Shown in pieces: positions 37,444-49,934 of a stretch of 64,000 nt of DNA. Position numbers and translations under genes: made by a program. The stretch comes from Lama glama (lineage: Eukaryota). The stretch covers positions 89,654,001 to 89,718,000 of the forward strand of contig CM052816.1 of assembly GCA_028534125.1 (NCBI GenBank). The letters run 5' to 3'. Positions within the stretch are counted from its first letter, which is position 1. The number at the start of each line of letters is the position of its first letter. A model generated the notes under the pieces. That model was not told where the DNA came from. It saw only the letters and a list, made by a program, of their open reading frames with translations, and searched no databases.

Positions 37444-38460
37444 ATGGTAACTCTTAGGGAAAACATTTTGCCCAATAAATGGAATCAACAAAATGCAGCA
37501 CCTAAGACCATACTCGACNNNNNNNNNNNNNNNNNNNNNNNNNNNNNNNNNNNNNNNNNNNNNNNNNNNNNNNNNNNNNNNNNNNNNNNNNNNNNNNNNN
37601 NNNNNNNNNNNNNNNNNNNNNNNNNNNNNNNNNNNNNNNNNNNNNNNNNNNNNNNNNNNNNNNNNNNNNNNNNNNNNNNNNNNNNNNNNNNNNNNNNNNN
37701 NNNNNNNNNNNNNNNNNNNNNNNNNNNNNNNNNNNNNNNNNNNNNNNNNNNNNNNNNNNNNNNNNNNNNNNNNNNNNNNNNNNNNNNNNNNNNNNNNNNN
37801 NNNNNNNNNNNNNNNNNNNNNNNNNNNNNNNNNNNNNNNNNNNNNNNNNNNNNNNNNNNNNNNNNNNNNNNNNNNNNNNNNNNNNNNNNNNNNNNNNNNN
37901 NNNNNNNNNNNNNNNNNNNNNNNNNNNNNNNNNNNNNNNNNNNNNNNNNNNNNNNNNNNNNNNNNNNNNNNNNNNNNNNNNNNNNNNNNNNNNNNNNNNN
38001 NNNNNNNNNNNNNNNNNNGGGTCAGTATAGATTAATTAATGTAATCTATAGCCTGTTGCTAATTCAAGAAATTCTGGCGTAGTGTAGCTTGGAGTATAAC
38101 TCTCTTCATCATATTTATTCTGGGCAGCAAAAAAGCAAAACTTACGAAAGGGATTTAGCAGTAAATTTCTCTCTGTTCTACCAGCCCCTCATTAGACCAT
38201 ATACTAAAGTAGGAAAATGCAAACCAGTCCTCTTAGAGAGCCGAAGTGAAACTGTTTCTTTTCATCTCTCTTTCAAGCCCACAGGAGAGAGTATGATTTA
38301 ACCTGGGGTTACATCAGAGTACTACTAGATAAACATGAGCCCCCCAAATTCTGTACTTTTAAAAATGCATCACAATGTTCTCACACACATCAGTCTGTGT
38401 TAGGGAACATTCTCAGGTCTCTTGACTATTTAAAGTTCTCAGTCCTGCTTACAACCCTTC
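37444..38460 (+). pseudogene. EBLN spanning the assembly gap
   Basis: Before the gap LPNKWNQ~LPGKFLQ; after it EILA..TLFIIFILGSKKAKLTKG~EISS..SLLIGVVIGSSSKIKAG; KFLSVLPA/LIRPY~RFKTMMAALNRPS; QI..MFSHTSV~QI..MTTYTTI. Confidence 0.65.
37519..38018. other. Assembly gap (500 N)
   Basis: N run. Confidence 1.
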
Positions 38461-39199
38461 TGATAATTAATAATATGATAGAGGAAAGAATAAATCTCCT
38501 CTTTTTTTCCACTGTGCACTCCTTTATTCATTTATTCCTATATTCATGCATGTGTTAGATGGTTTGATGCTTTCTTTTCCATCCCTCTTTCCACTTTACT
38601 AGTCAAGGCACTTCCTTCGTGCCCATTACATCAAATAGTCTTCTCTAGGATGTTACCTCCCTAAATTTATTTTGGAATCATACCTACACTCTTTATTTAA
38701 AATACTCCACATTTCGGCTATAAGAAATACCTATTCCACCAGTTTTTTTTTACTTATTTAAATATGTTTTGGTTTTATTAGAAATCTTTCATACACATTT
38801 TTGAATCAAGATGTCAAATTTTACAAAATAAAAATGAAGTAATTTTGATTGACATTGAATTGAAACTACAGATCACTGAAGCAGAATTAATATCTTTAAA
38901 ATACAGTGATTCAACCCATGCACATGGACATACCTATGTTTATTTAATTATGTGTCTTATATAGTTACTATAATTTCTTTTTTCTATTTTTCCTTTTTCA
39001 GTTTTATTACTAAAATTATTACAGTTCAACTGCACATATACATTATATTGCATGTAAATACATATATACAGTATACTGCACTTTTTTTTAGTTTATTTAT
39101 ATGTATATATATACACTGATTATTGTTTCTAAGGACAGATTAGAGCTTTAGCTATTTAAACTGACATAGTTATCAAAGGAATAAAGACAACCACAAAAT

Positions 39200-40560
39200 A
39201 AGAATTAACAGAATACAATTATTCCTCCATTTTTTAATTTCACTGCATGTTCTTTACTCACACATGCCTGAGAATGTCAAGTTCACAGACTAAGACTCTG
39301 TTTTCAGAGTTGAAGAGTCTGACATACTTATGCTCCATCAAACCCTTCGGCTGCTCATTCTTCTCTTCTTTCTTCTCTGATTAAGACTGTAATGCACAGT
39401 AGTGTCTGTTGAGTTACAGGAAATGACCTAACTAACTTATATGTACGATGCAACAAAAGGAAAGATGCATGATTAATTTTTTTCTTGTGCAGCTGTGAGA
39501 GTTCTTCATCTGGTATCAACAGGAAAAGCGATCATTTCTCTTAGCATTGGAATGAGCCTTTAGGTGGTATCATCCCACCATCTAATTAGAGGAAACGAAC
39601 ACAGAGCCAAAAGAACTACAAAGAAAAGAAATTGAACGCAATTGACATAAAAATATAAATGAATAATTTGAACTTTTCCATAAATTTCCGAGCATATGGT
39701 TTGTTTTCATATGCATAGCCACTTTGTGGTGTTGATAGAGCTTTATAGAATTACAAAGTTTATTTTATTAATGAAAAAGGAGTTAGGAACTGAATGGAAG
39801 TGATCTATATTCTAATTCAGGGACCATTATGCTCTGTTCAGCAGCTTCCTGGGAAATGATGTTGCAATATATGTTTTCTAAAGTTCACAGTGAATTTATT
39901 ACTGAGCACAAACATGAACACACAACACTGTCTAAATAGCTTTTATTCTCAAAGGACTTTATAAAATCTTGAACCCCTTCTATTTTACTGACAACATTAG
40001 ATTGATAATTGAAAGGATGTACATAGCCCTGATCCTTCCCTTAATTCTGAAAATTGATATTCTTTATAACATTGATGAAGCAACTCAGCTTTCCTAGACC
40101 TTAGTTTTCCCATCTGTGTAACAGAATAATCGTTTGTGTTTCTTAAGAAAAGAAATGTTTAATACTCTGTTGGGCTGGAGGGATACGGTATCATGGGTTG
40201 GCAGATGGCAAAAGAAGGCACAGATCAGAATTCCCTGGTTTACAGGATATGCTTAAGGTCAGAAAGTCACAGAAAAGCTCACGAAACTGAAGTTGCTCTT
40301 CTTATGTGTGCAGAATATTAGAGCCATCCAGAGAGAATCATAAGCTTATGTTAGTCCCTCATGAATTTGCTCTTAGTTTTTCCCTGTGGGAGTCAAAAAT
40401 CACACAGCTGATAATAATACTCAAAATTAGCATACAATCACACAGCACTTCAAAGTGATGTACAAAACCGAGAAAAAAAGAAATAATCTCAGAATTAGTA
40501 AGAATCATATTTTCTAACTCTTTTGTTTGACACTTTAAGTCATGGATTTTTCTTTTTGAA
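39200..40560 (+). pseudogene. EBLG (MIR at ~40030-40150)
   Basis: CSLLTHA*EC~CSAITTEICRC; CESSSS~CNSSSK; furin-like RAKR; IERN*HK~IEYLIHK; YFINEKG (39761)~YFLNDEG; FLGN~FLGT; HETE~HETD. Confidence 0.7.
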
Positions 40561-40589
40561 AAAGGTAGCATGTTGTTTAAGAAAGTAAA

Positions 40590-40960
40590 TCCCTAAGAGA
40601 CCTGCTTAAAAAAAAGTGGAGAAAACTGCTTTTAAATAGTTTATTTGATTTCTATAATTTTTTAAAAATTTTAACATCAGATGGATGGTAAGGACTCGTC
40701 CTTCTTTAACAATTTTGAGTTTTGAAAGAAGTCAGGTATTTTCAACAAGCATAAAAAAGTTATATTTGTTTTCTTTCACTGCTCTTGAAACATTGTAAAG
40801 TACTACCTCTGTCATATTTAAATTAATCATAATAAAATTATAATTTATGTAATAAATTATAATATAGAAGTATTTAAAAATCTTCCACCTGTAATCTGAT
40901 TTACATACTTCTGTAATAAGCAAGCACATTACATAGAGCTCCCTTGATAATGATAATTTC
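40590..40960 (+). pseudogene. EBLM fragment
   Basis: KKLYLFSFTALE..VIFKL~KKLTDYFTIDVE..IYFQI; VFKN~VYKD. Confidence 0.4.
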
Positions 40961-41049
40961 AATGATGCACATCTGGGGAAGAATTTGGCACTAAAGATTT
41001 AATCATTTTCTAAAATAATTTTCAAGCTGAAAGTGCAGATCACATTTCC

Positions 41050-41680
41050 TGCAACGCCTGTTGGAATTTGTTTAATGGAAGAGGCATATGAAATATCTAT
41101 TTTCTCTGGTCTTACCTTGTAAGCAAAAGCATAAGAAAAGAAGGTAAAGACCAACTAAAAAAATACTGTGATATCCCGTATGAATGTAAATCAATATTAA
41201 TAAGGATGACGATGTCATAGTAAAGGATTAGCTCCAAATAGAAGTGTGAAACTACAAATAATACAAGGTGTCAGTAGGCCTTGTAATTAATGATTTTATG
41301 TGCAAAGTCTTAGCCATAATTGATGAAATTCAATAATGTAATCAACTCACACATCACACAATGTATGTGTGTATATAAATATGAATATATGTAAATATGC
41401 ACATATAAAACCTAAAAACCTTAAGGTCAAGGTTTAGAGAAAAACAATCATGGCAGAACTGAGGAACAATTTAGAATAGAAAGTACAACCAAATAGACGG
41501 TAATTTTTTCTAAGATTTGATCTGTGATTAACATAAAATTCCTTCAGACATAAATTGTCCCTTCTGAAAGGGGGGATGGTTAATTACATACTTACTTTTC
41601 TCTGTCACTTAAACCCACTCAGCTATGATTATAACACGAAGGAAAAATGTTGAGAATAAAAACAGTTTAACTACAATAGT
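41050..41680 (+). pseudogene. EBLN fragment
   Basis: SIFSGLTL~SLLIGVVI; GKDQLKK (41143)~GAEQIKK; ELRNNLE~EIRDFLE. Confidence 0.55.
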
Positions 41681-42139
41681 AACTTCGGGATATTGCATGG
41701 TATGAGTACAGTATAAATTTTATAGATAAGGAAATGTAACCCTAAAGAGATTATACATTTACACAAGATTGCACAGCAAGTGTCAGAGCCAAAGCTATTA
41801 TCCTGTTCTTGAGAACAGTGTTAGGTTACTTTCTGCATAAGCTGATCAATAGAGGTTTATAGAGACTCTCATTCTAATGAGAACAGGTCTCAGAGCTGTG
41901 GCTGTAAATCCTGATGCTGGGTTAACCATGTAAAAGTAATTTGGAGAGGGGAGTGGATCTCATGCATGAGTTTGAGTCCCTCCCATTGGTTTTAATTCAG
42001 GAAATCTAACACAAGAACAGGAATCTTCATCTTTACAAGTTTCCCAGGTCTTAACTCTCAGGCAAGATGGGAGCCATTATTCTGGAAGACCGCTCAGTAG
42101 AGAAATTCAAAACTAACCATATTAAGGATTTTTAAAAAT

Positions 42140-42580
42140 TATTATATATGGTCTGGATTTTCACAGACGAATTCCTAAAATAAGGGTTTGAGAGCAAACC
42201 TTTGAATGAGGTTATTCGTTCTTGAAATTTCAGAGAGCATCACTTCAGTAGGGAGTAAGTGAGATCAGTAAAAGAAGATGAGAAAAACACAAGTAGGCAC
42301 AGAGGCCACAACAGACAAGTGGAGCAGGGAGGCTGAGTTATTGGTCTACCAACTCTGTGTCCATCATTGATCAAGGGCTCTCTCCAGAGCCATCACTAAC
42401 ATACACACACTATCATGCACTCGAACGCACACATCTCTGGCTTACCCAGCACTAAGAGGGTTACTATGGTCACATATAAAAGCCCTTTGGTGGACAGAGT
42501 AGGTGTTTGGAGGCAAAAGCTTTTGTCACGCAGAGGGGTATGTTGGAGGAATGTAGGCAGGGTATTGACAGGCCCCACAG
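42140..42580 (-). mobile_element. MaLR MLT1J/K-like LTR
   Basis: cctaaaataagggtttgagagcaa..gtaggcagggtattgacaggccc. Confidence 0.55.
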
Positions 42581-42685
42581 TGAGTAAACTGATGATTCAC
42601 ATAAAGGACAGTTACAATCCGCACACGTGTTTATCTACTGAAACCCAATTATAAATAATCTATAGTATAATGAGCATGGCTCTGG

Positions 42686-42875
42686 TAGAGTGTTCACAAA
42701 TTTACCAAAATAAAAATACAGGACGGTCAAATTGGCATTTCAGATAAACAGTGCATCATTTTTTTAGCATAAGTATGGTTCAAATACTACATAAGGCATA
42801 CTTATACAATAAATTTCATTATTTATTTGAAATCCCAATTTAATTGTGGATCCTCTATTTCATCTGGCAAAACTA
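42686..42875. mobile_element. Palindromic hAT MITE (MER53-like)
   Basis: aaataaaaatacaggac..tttcagataaac..taagtatg..catacttatac..atctggcaa; imperfect hairpin. Confidence 0.8.
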
Positions 42876-42989
42876 CTTTGGTAGCAGATTTACTGGGAAC
42901 TAACTTTGCAAGGTTATTGGAGCCAAGTGTTACCCTCAAGAAAATTCTGGAAGTTATTGGACCCCAAGCCCACTGACACCAAAATAGCT

Positions 42990-43400
42990 TAAGTGAAGAC
43001 TAGTTGAAGCTATCTGATACCTTTTAAAGATCAAAGGAAGCTTTCTTTCAGTTGACTACCTTCATAGTGGACATGAATGCATAAATACCCTAACAGATCT
43101 GAAAAAAATGTCAAAGATGTTTGAATTATAGTCACTTCTTCAAATGCTTCCTGGTCTTGCTCAGACAGATTTTTACCAATGACTAATTTCTTTTTTACAT
43201 CAAGTTTAAAGACAACTGGTCTGGGAAGTGAATTTCAAGCGTACAAACTTTTAAATTTATATCTATCCGCTAAGAATACGCATGCTTATTCAAGAAATAG
43301 ACATTTTCCTAATCAAGATTCAAAAGTGAGAATGCTATAAATAACTAACTTGACTCAATTTCTAAGTATGAAGTTATTTTCCTTCACAGAATAAATTTGA
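42990..43400 (+). pseudogene. EBLN with internal deletions
   Basis: One frame KIKGSFL..GHE..KMFEL..MLPGL~KLPGKFL..GHE..DMFHT..LIPGL; LKTTGLGSEF..KL~LLTT..GKEF..KL. Confidence 0.55.
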
Positions 43401-43479
43401 TCAGCATCTTATAGGTAAATCAGAAACAGAAACCAGGAACACTAGCATGGCACAAAAGTCCGTCCCTTGAAGTGACAGA

Positions 43480-43950
43480 AGCATATGTTTGCACCAAAAC
43501 TGCTACGGGCAGGAGCCAAAAAATCAAGGGGATGGACTAAGATCTTTATTATTCATGGTGGAAACCTTGCTTGGGCCATCTCTGCTCTCTGGGCTCACTT
43601 TCCTTCTCCAGACAGCTTGCTTCTTCGTTATACACAGGAATATTGTAAAATCTACCAGAAGCTCCTCAGAAGTCTGCCATGTTGCTGCCTCCCTGCCTCC
43701 ATAATGAGTAGATGAATTTAACTTCTTATTCACAGAGAAAAGGGAAGCTCAAATGAAAATTTCTTCAGGTCCCCATCCACCAGATGTGTAAGTCAATCTA
43801 TACTCACAGTTCCCTCCCAGCACCTCCACCTGCATCCTCAACCTGATCATGCCCTTTGTTACCAAAACATTGTCCAAGAATTGTCCTTTGTTAGGTGTCG
43901 TCAACAACTCTCTCTCTGTGTACTGTATCAATTATATGTAGCTTGATAGA
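43480..43950 (+). pseudogene. EBLN central fragment
   Basis: GRSQKIK (43508)~GSSSKIK; FLLQT~TLLQM; HAL..IVQEL~ATL..VAYEI. Confidence 0.45.
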
Positions 43951-44699
43951 CAAACTCAAGTTACCCTATCTTCAATATACATGTGTATTTTTACTATTGT
44001 ATGTTCATTGTAGAACATTGGCTTTCATGTGAAAATGAATTACATAAAAACTTTAGCTAAAATAAGGTCTCAATTTATGGATTGATCCATATTTTCAGTC
44101 TTCTTTTCTCCTCCTAAGCATACACTTCTCTTTCCTGCTGCCTTAATCCACTGTACATATGCATTAACTCATAACCCATTAATTAAAACAGTTATATTTA
44201 TATATGTGTGTATGTATATATACATACATTTGTATACATCATATATAGTAATTTAATGGTTAGTTTCTTTAATTTATACGTTTTTATTAGTTACAATGTG
44301 TCAACATTTCCCAAGTTTGCTCAAAAAATTGTAGAGGACTAAGCAATCTGCTTTTCATTGCAAATAAATTCAGAAAACATTGGATTCAACAAGGTTTTAA
44401 TGCATATGCATGTGAAAGGGTCCTTATTAAAAATGAATTATGAATCTCCAAGGTAGAAATAACATTTTCCCAAACTTTATGACTATGAAATCTCTACTAC
44501 TAAGTTCTTACTTGTTATCAACTTACAAGGAAACAGGCTGGCAATGAACACAGACTATCAAAACAACCTGTAATTTAGTTCAACTGATAAATAAAAATAC
44601 TAAGTAGATAAATTCAGATACATTATATATAAATCCATGCTGATATAGCCCAGAAGGAAAAAAAAAACAGAGAATTAGAATAAAGAGATACAGTTGCTA

Positions 44700-45000
44700 G
44701 GAGATAGTCTACAGCAACAATGAAGTCTCATTTATATTATAGTATGAATAGTTCAATATGAAACTGATTTTCAATGTTATATTCCTTTATAGCAATTTAA
44801 ATAAGAGAAGACTGGAAGATTATTTCAGATCTTGTGGATGTCATTAAAGAGAAGTTTAATTCCAAGGGACATATATTCTCTGATTACAAGCTGAATTAAA
44901 AAAATATGCTCTGGGAATAAAGCTGCAGATTAATCCACTAAATTGTTTATGAGTTTATTTTCTCACAGTGTGTTTTAAAAAATGTTTGCCATTCTATAGA
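44700..45000 (+). pseudogene. EBLM fragment
   Basis: YIPL~NIPF; RRLEDYF (44806-44826)~KKLTDYF; GHIF..YKLN~GHSL..YFQID. Confidence 0.55.
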
Positions 45001-45129
45001 ATAGTTTATATTTGTTATACAGTGTGGGGAGAGGGGGAGGAGAGAAAAATTTAGTATACATCTGGTGCTTGAAGAAAGCATTCTCTATAAATATTTTTGT
45101 AAATCAATAGAAATAAGTACTCTGAGATG

Positions 45130-46090
45130 ATAAAAGACAAAAGCATTGTGAATTTACTGTACCATACTCAGCAGCTTATAAGTCAACTGAAAAATTTAAA
45201 TTACGTTTTGATAGATGTTTTAAAATACTGTGTGTGGACCATCTTTTAAATTTATTTTGAAGCAAATTGAACCTAGGGAAATGAAGGGCAGGACCTTGAA
45301 GGACAGCCAACATATACTCCATCCATATCCATTGGCAAGGTTGAGTCTGAATATTATTTCTTTTTAAATCATAGAAATCTCTAGCTTTTAAAATATGATT
45401 CTTGGTTTTTCTGGGGTTTTTTTTGGTTGTTTTCTTTTTTTGGTTTTGTTTTGTTTTGTTTTGTCATCTGTGCCTTCTTACACTCAGGATTAATTTTATA
45501 ATGAATGTCTGAATGTATATAACACATATAGTTTAAATGACATAGCCTTCTTTTATTATTCTCTTCCCTCCAGAGAAACATGCGTGTGTTATTGTGTGTT
45601 TCTATGCCTTTCTTAAAGTTATGCTAGAAATCAGCTTTTTCTGGGCTCTGAAATGTCAATTAGGATCAGTCCTGAGTCTCCTACTGACAGTTCTTTATTT
45701 CTATCTATAGGAGTTTTCCCTGGAGAACATCCATGTTCAAGGAGATCCTCAGTCTCACTGCTGCATCTGAGCCTTGCCTTGCTTATCTTAGCAAAATATA
45801 TAAGTCATATGCTCTTTTTAATTGCATTTTCCTTAAAAGGCTGTCTTTCATAAGATCTATTTTAAAGTGCTTTTAAAATGTTTAAAACATGATTCTAGCA
45901 TGCAGAGTATTGCTTTTTTCAGTATTTTTCAAGTCAACAATTTTATGATTGTCCCTGGTCCCCAAGAAAAATTTGGTGGTAAGTTCAAAACCGTTCCTCA
46001 TCATTTTTGTGATTTGTTCTCCTTTCTCTTAGGTGCTCACTATATTGGAAATGTAAGTTTATATGTTTTGCCAGAAGGATTGTGGGCATG
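45130..46090 (+). pseudogene. EBLG fragment
   Basis: *IYC~WFYC; EMKGRTLKD..HPYPL~ELESGKAMLSD..TPYIL; TYSLN~SYSLT; TCVCY~TCANY; IGVF~LGVF; PG..IWW~PG..MWF. Confidence 0.55.
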
Positions 46091-46769
46091 AAAGTTGACT
46101 TCAGATTTGAAGGAACTTCATATGGACCCAAAAAGACAATAGGAGGTTTAAAGGTACAACTTGATGGGATGAAAATTAAGCCTTAATATACTGAAACATT
46201 GAAAGACTTATATCTCACCATGGAATAGGAGGTCTCTCATGGTATCTAAGTGATGACAGATAATTATCTGGCAGAGGCACTATAGGATGAACTCTGGCAC
46301 TAAACGAAAATTTATTCCAATTGCTTTTGAGGACATTTTGACTCTGATATTTTATAGTTATTTCAATATTCTATGGTAGGAAATTAATAGCGAAAGTTCT
46401 GTTTCTGGAACAACAGTATCCTAAAAACCAAACCAAAACAAAATTAAACCTCTCAGTACATAAGTAGAAAAGCATGTTAAATACAAAAATATTTAAATTA
46501 CTTCCTGATATTAAAAATAAAAGCAACAACCAAGACTGAAAAACAAACAGGGGGATGGAAATCAGACTTACAAGCTAAAATAAAAGTTGAATGGCTAGAG
46601 GAATTTTCTAGTTTCAGTAGATTAAAAGACAGCGTTTTTGAAGGTTAGCCCAGGAGAATGAGGGGAGGCAAGGACTTTAACAAGCTTAGTATTTGGGGGG
46701 AAAAGATCAACCACAGGAGCCACAGAGCTAAAGGGACAATCTTATTAAGAATAGCGTTCAAAGGCAGAG

Positions 46770-47128
46770 GAAGCTTTCACTTCCATGTGGCATCTAAAAA
46801 ACAACACGAATAAACAAAACAAAGCAAAACCCAGACTCAGAGTTATGGAACAGACAGGCAGCTGCGAAGGGAGAAGGGTTGGCAAGAAACAAAATGCGTG
46901 AAAGGTATTGATAGGTGAAAACTTACCAGTTACAAAATAAGTCAGTCACGGGGATGTGATGTACAGCGTGGGGAATATCGTCAATAATATTGTGTTAACT
47001 TTGCATGGTGACAAGGTAACTAGACTAATTGTGGTGATCACTTCGCAATGGTTACAAACGTTGAATCACTATGTTGTACACATGAAACTAAAATAATATT
47101 AGGTCAGTTATACTTTAATTTATAAAAA
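46770..47128 (+). mobile_element. L1MA-type 3' end nested in older L1 debris (~46300-48500)
   Basis: ttcacttccatgtggcatctaaaa..tgaatcactatgttgtacacatgaaactaa. Confidence 0.85.
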
Positions 47129-48519
47129 TAGGCTGCAAAAACTAGGGTAACAATAAAGAAACAAGTCTTCAAGACCTGAGCAAAACAAAGAGGCACCCTG
47201 AGAAATTTTCATCCCAGAATTGCCTTCTAATACATCTGATTTTTGAATTTCTAGCAACTGTTATCCTCACACTCAGAAAAAGATAGTTAACTGAAAGTAG
47301 TCCTGAGTATGTGGCACCCCCAGTACCTGTCATAAAAAAAAAAATGTGATACTCTCTGAGTAATCAACTGTCAACTCAAGTTTTACAAGTTCCACTAAGA
47401 TCAACTGATTATGAGATCACAATATAAAATTGCAAAAGAAAAAAGAGGAGTCTGCAGAAATACCACCAGTACAGATAAGTGCTAGGGTTCTAGAGGATGA
47501 AGTTACAGAGAGTAGAAGAGATAAGATGATGTCTTGTTAAAAAGTAAAAGATTTTAAATAGGAATAAGAAACATGATCATCTTAATATAGACAAGAAAAT
47601 TATCTTTTAAAGGGCCAAATTTTACTTCTACATATAAAAAATACTATCACTACAAATAGACATTCAATGTATTAAAAAATAAGTTAGCAGGTAGATTAAT
47701 GTGAAAAGAATGCTGACAGTATGCAATGAATATGAAAAAGATAAAGATCAATATTTAATGTATAATTTAAATCAAAATAAGTTGAGAGATAAAAATAACT
47801 GAGAATATACATTTTGAGGCAAATTTTATTATCTAGGATGCTAAACATAACTATAATTATAAAAACTACAATTCACCAAGTGGTTTCATTCTAATATTGC
47901 ATTAAATAAATGTGATAAGAATTTAGAAAGCAAAATTAAAAATGGAGAAATTGACAAATCCATCTCATGATGAAAGAGAAACTTAAAAACCTCTCATAAT
48001 GGACAGACACAAATTTTGCAATATTTGTAAGATCAGAAAATATTTGAAAAATTATCAGTAGGAAATAGAAAAGCTATGCACTCAAAACTTACAAAACATA
48101 GATTCTTCTCAAGTTTACATGAAAAAATTACAAAGATTGGCCATTTCTTAGATGATAAGATGTATTACAACAAAAACTGAATCCCTGGCATCATACAGTT
48201 GACCTCTATTCAATAAGATTAACTTAGGTACCAGTAACACAAAGAGAACTAAAAACTTACAGCCCATGTGTTTGGAAATTATTCAACACAGTTTTGAATA
48301 AGTTATGAATCAAAGAAGAAATCACAGTAGAATTAGAAAAAATAATTAAATTAGAAAATGATTGTTGATACTGAAGAAATTAAACAAACAAAATGTATTT
48401 TTTTCAAAAAAAGGTCATATAAAGAGCAGAAATTAGAAAAATGGAAAAGAAAAAATATTTTTAAAAATCAACAGTCAAAGCCAAGTTTTTAAAAAAGACT
48501 GTTAAACACAAATTTTGTT

Positions 48520-49100
48520 GTGGTAAGAAAGTGGCATTATTTTTCAAATATTTGTGTTTTTTCTTACTGAGTCCATCTGGTCCCATTAAAAGAAATACTT
48601 TTTTTAAATTATTTTAAGGTTTTTGTTATTTTAACTATAGTAAAAGAAATTGGCAATTGGATGTGCAGATTGGCTGCACCAATCCACCAATGAGCAGTAG
48701 AAGTTAAAAAAATAATCACTTGTAGAGTAGTGAAACCTTTGGCAAAATATGGCTGCCATAATGCGGAAGACATGTAATATACTACATGAATCCTCCTTTA
48801 GGCAACTCATGTAGATACCTGAATATGACTAGTGTGCATTGGTTGTTATTGATTGTCATGGCTCAAAAGATGAGCTCGCAAAAAAATTGATCAATATGCA
48901 AACAAGAATGAAAGGACATCAGGAGACGCCTAAAATGTCTACAATTATAAACATTTCTCATTTCTAACTGATGAAAGATTAAATTAGACAAGAATTTGTG
49001 TGTTTGGAAGGTACAAAAACATATAGTAAAATATTTTCTTAAATACAGAAAAATTAAAAACCAATATATTATGATTCTTTGCTACCTGATTGGGAATCTT
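48520..49100 (+). mobile_element. MaLR (MLT1) internal-region remnant
   Basis: gtgaaacctttggcaaaat..gatgagctcgcaaaaaaattg..gcaaacaagaatgaaagg. Confidence 0.5.
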
Positions 49101-49289
49101 ACGACCTGTTAACCTAATATGGTGTAGATTGGGCTTCGATTGCAATGTAATGTTATTTCTTTAGATTTTGTAAATGCTTATTTTCAAAATATTGATTTCA
49201 ATATTCATTTTATATTTTTATATACATAAAATATTTTATAATACTTTTCTCATAAATAACAACTTTTAAATTTTTCTAGACCAGAAAAT

Positions 49290-49600
49290 TATAAAAATGA
49301 GTAGGATACTTCACTGTATCAAGATAATAATAATTATCTTCTGCAAGGATCCACAGTGTAGTTTTTAAAAATCCCCTAAAACACTCAAGGGGATAGTAAA
49401 CTAACCTCTACATATTTGACTAAAGTAATTTACATGTGAGTAGTAGAAAAAAAAAAACTAGAGAAATTATGATGAAATGACTAAAAATATTGTTGATGAA
49501 TCTTATCAGAAATATCTTTTTTTAAGCAAATCTAAGATGGAAATTGTCATGCAAGTAGAATAAATTTATTGCGATCATTTGGAAAATCAGTAATTTGAAG
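49290..49600 (+). pseudogene. Possible EBLN fragment
   Basis: GNCHASRINLLRSFGK~GKEFMDQIKLVASYAQ; weaker flanking motifs. Confidence 0.3.
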
Positions 49601-49776
49601 AGAGTTGATGTGTTAAAACAGAAATACTATTAGCCATGGATTTAGGAACTTAAGGTAGGATCCTAGTTATACTGTTTATTAGCTTCATAAACTGATACTA
49701 TGAGTTATAATTGTACTTATAATTATTATTACTAGTATTATTATCTACACAAATAATTTATCAAAAAGCTACTTAG

Positions 49777-49915
49777 CCAGTGGTTAGAGTGAATGCTTAG
49801 CATGCAGGGGGTACTGGGTACAATCCCCATTACTTCCATTAAAATAACTAAATAAACAAATACACTTAATCTCCACCCCCCAAAAAAAAATCAAAAACAA
49901 AAACAAACAAACAAT
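49777..49915 (+). mobile_element. 5'-truncated Vic-1-type SINE with perfect 14-bp TSD
   Basis: TSD aaaaagctacttag at 49763-49776 and 49916-49929. Confidence 0.93.
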
Positions 49916-49934
49916 AAAAAGCTACTTAGTGGCA

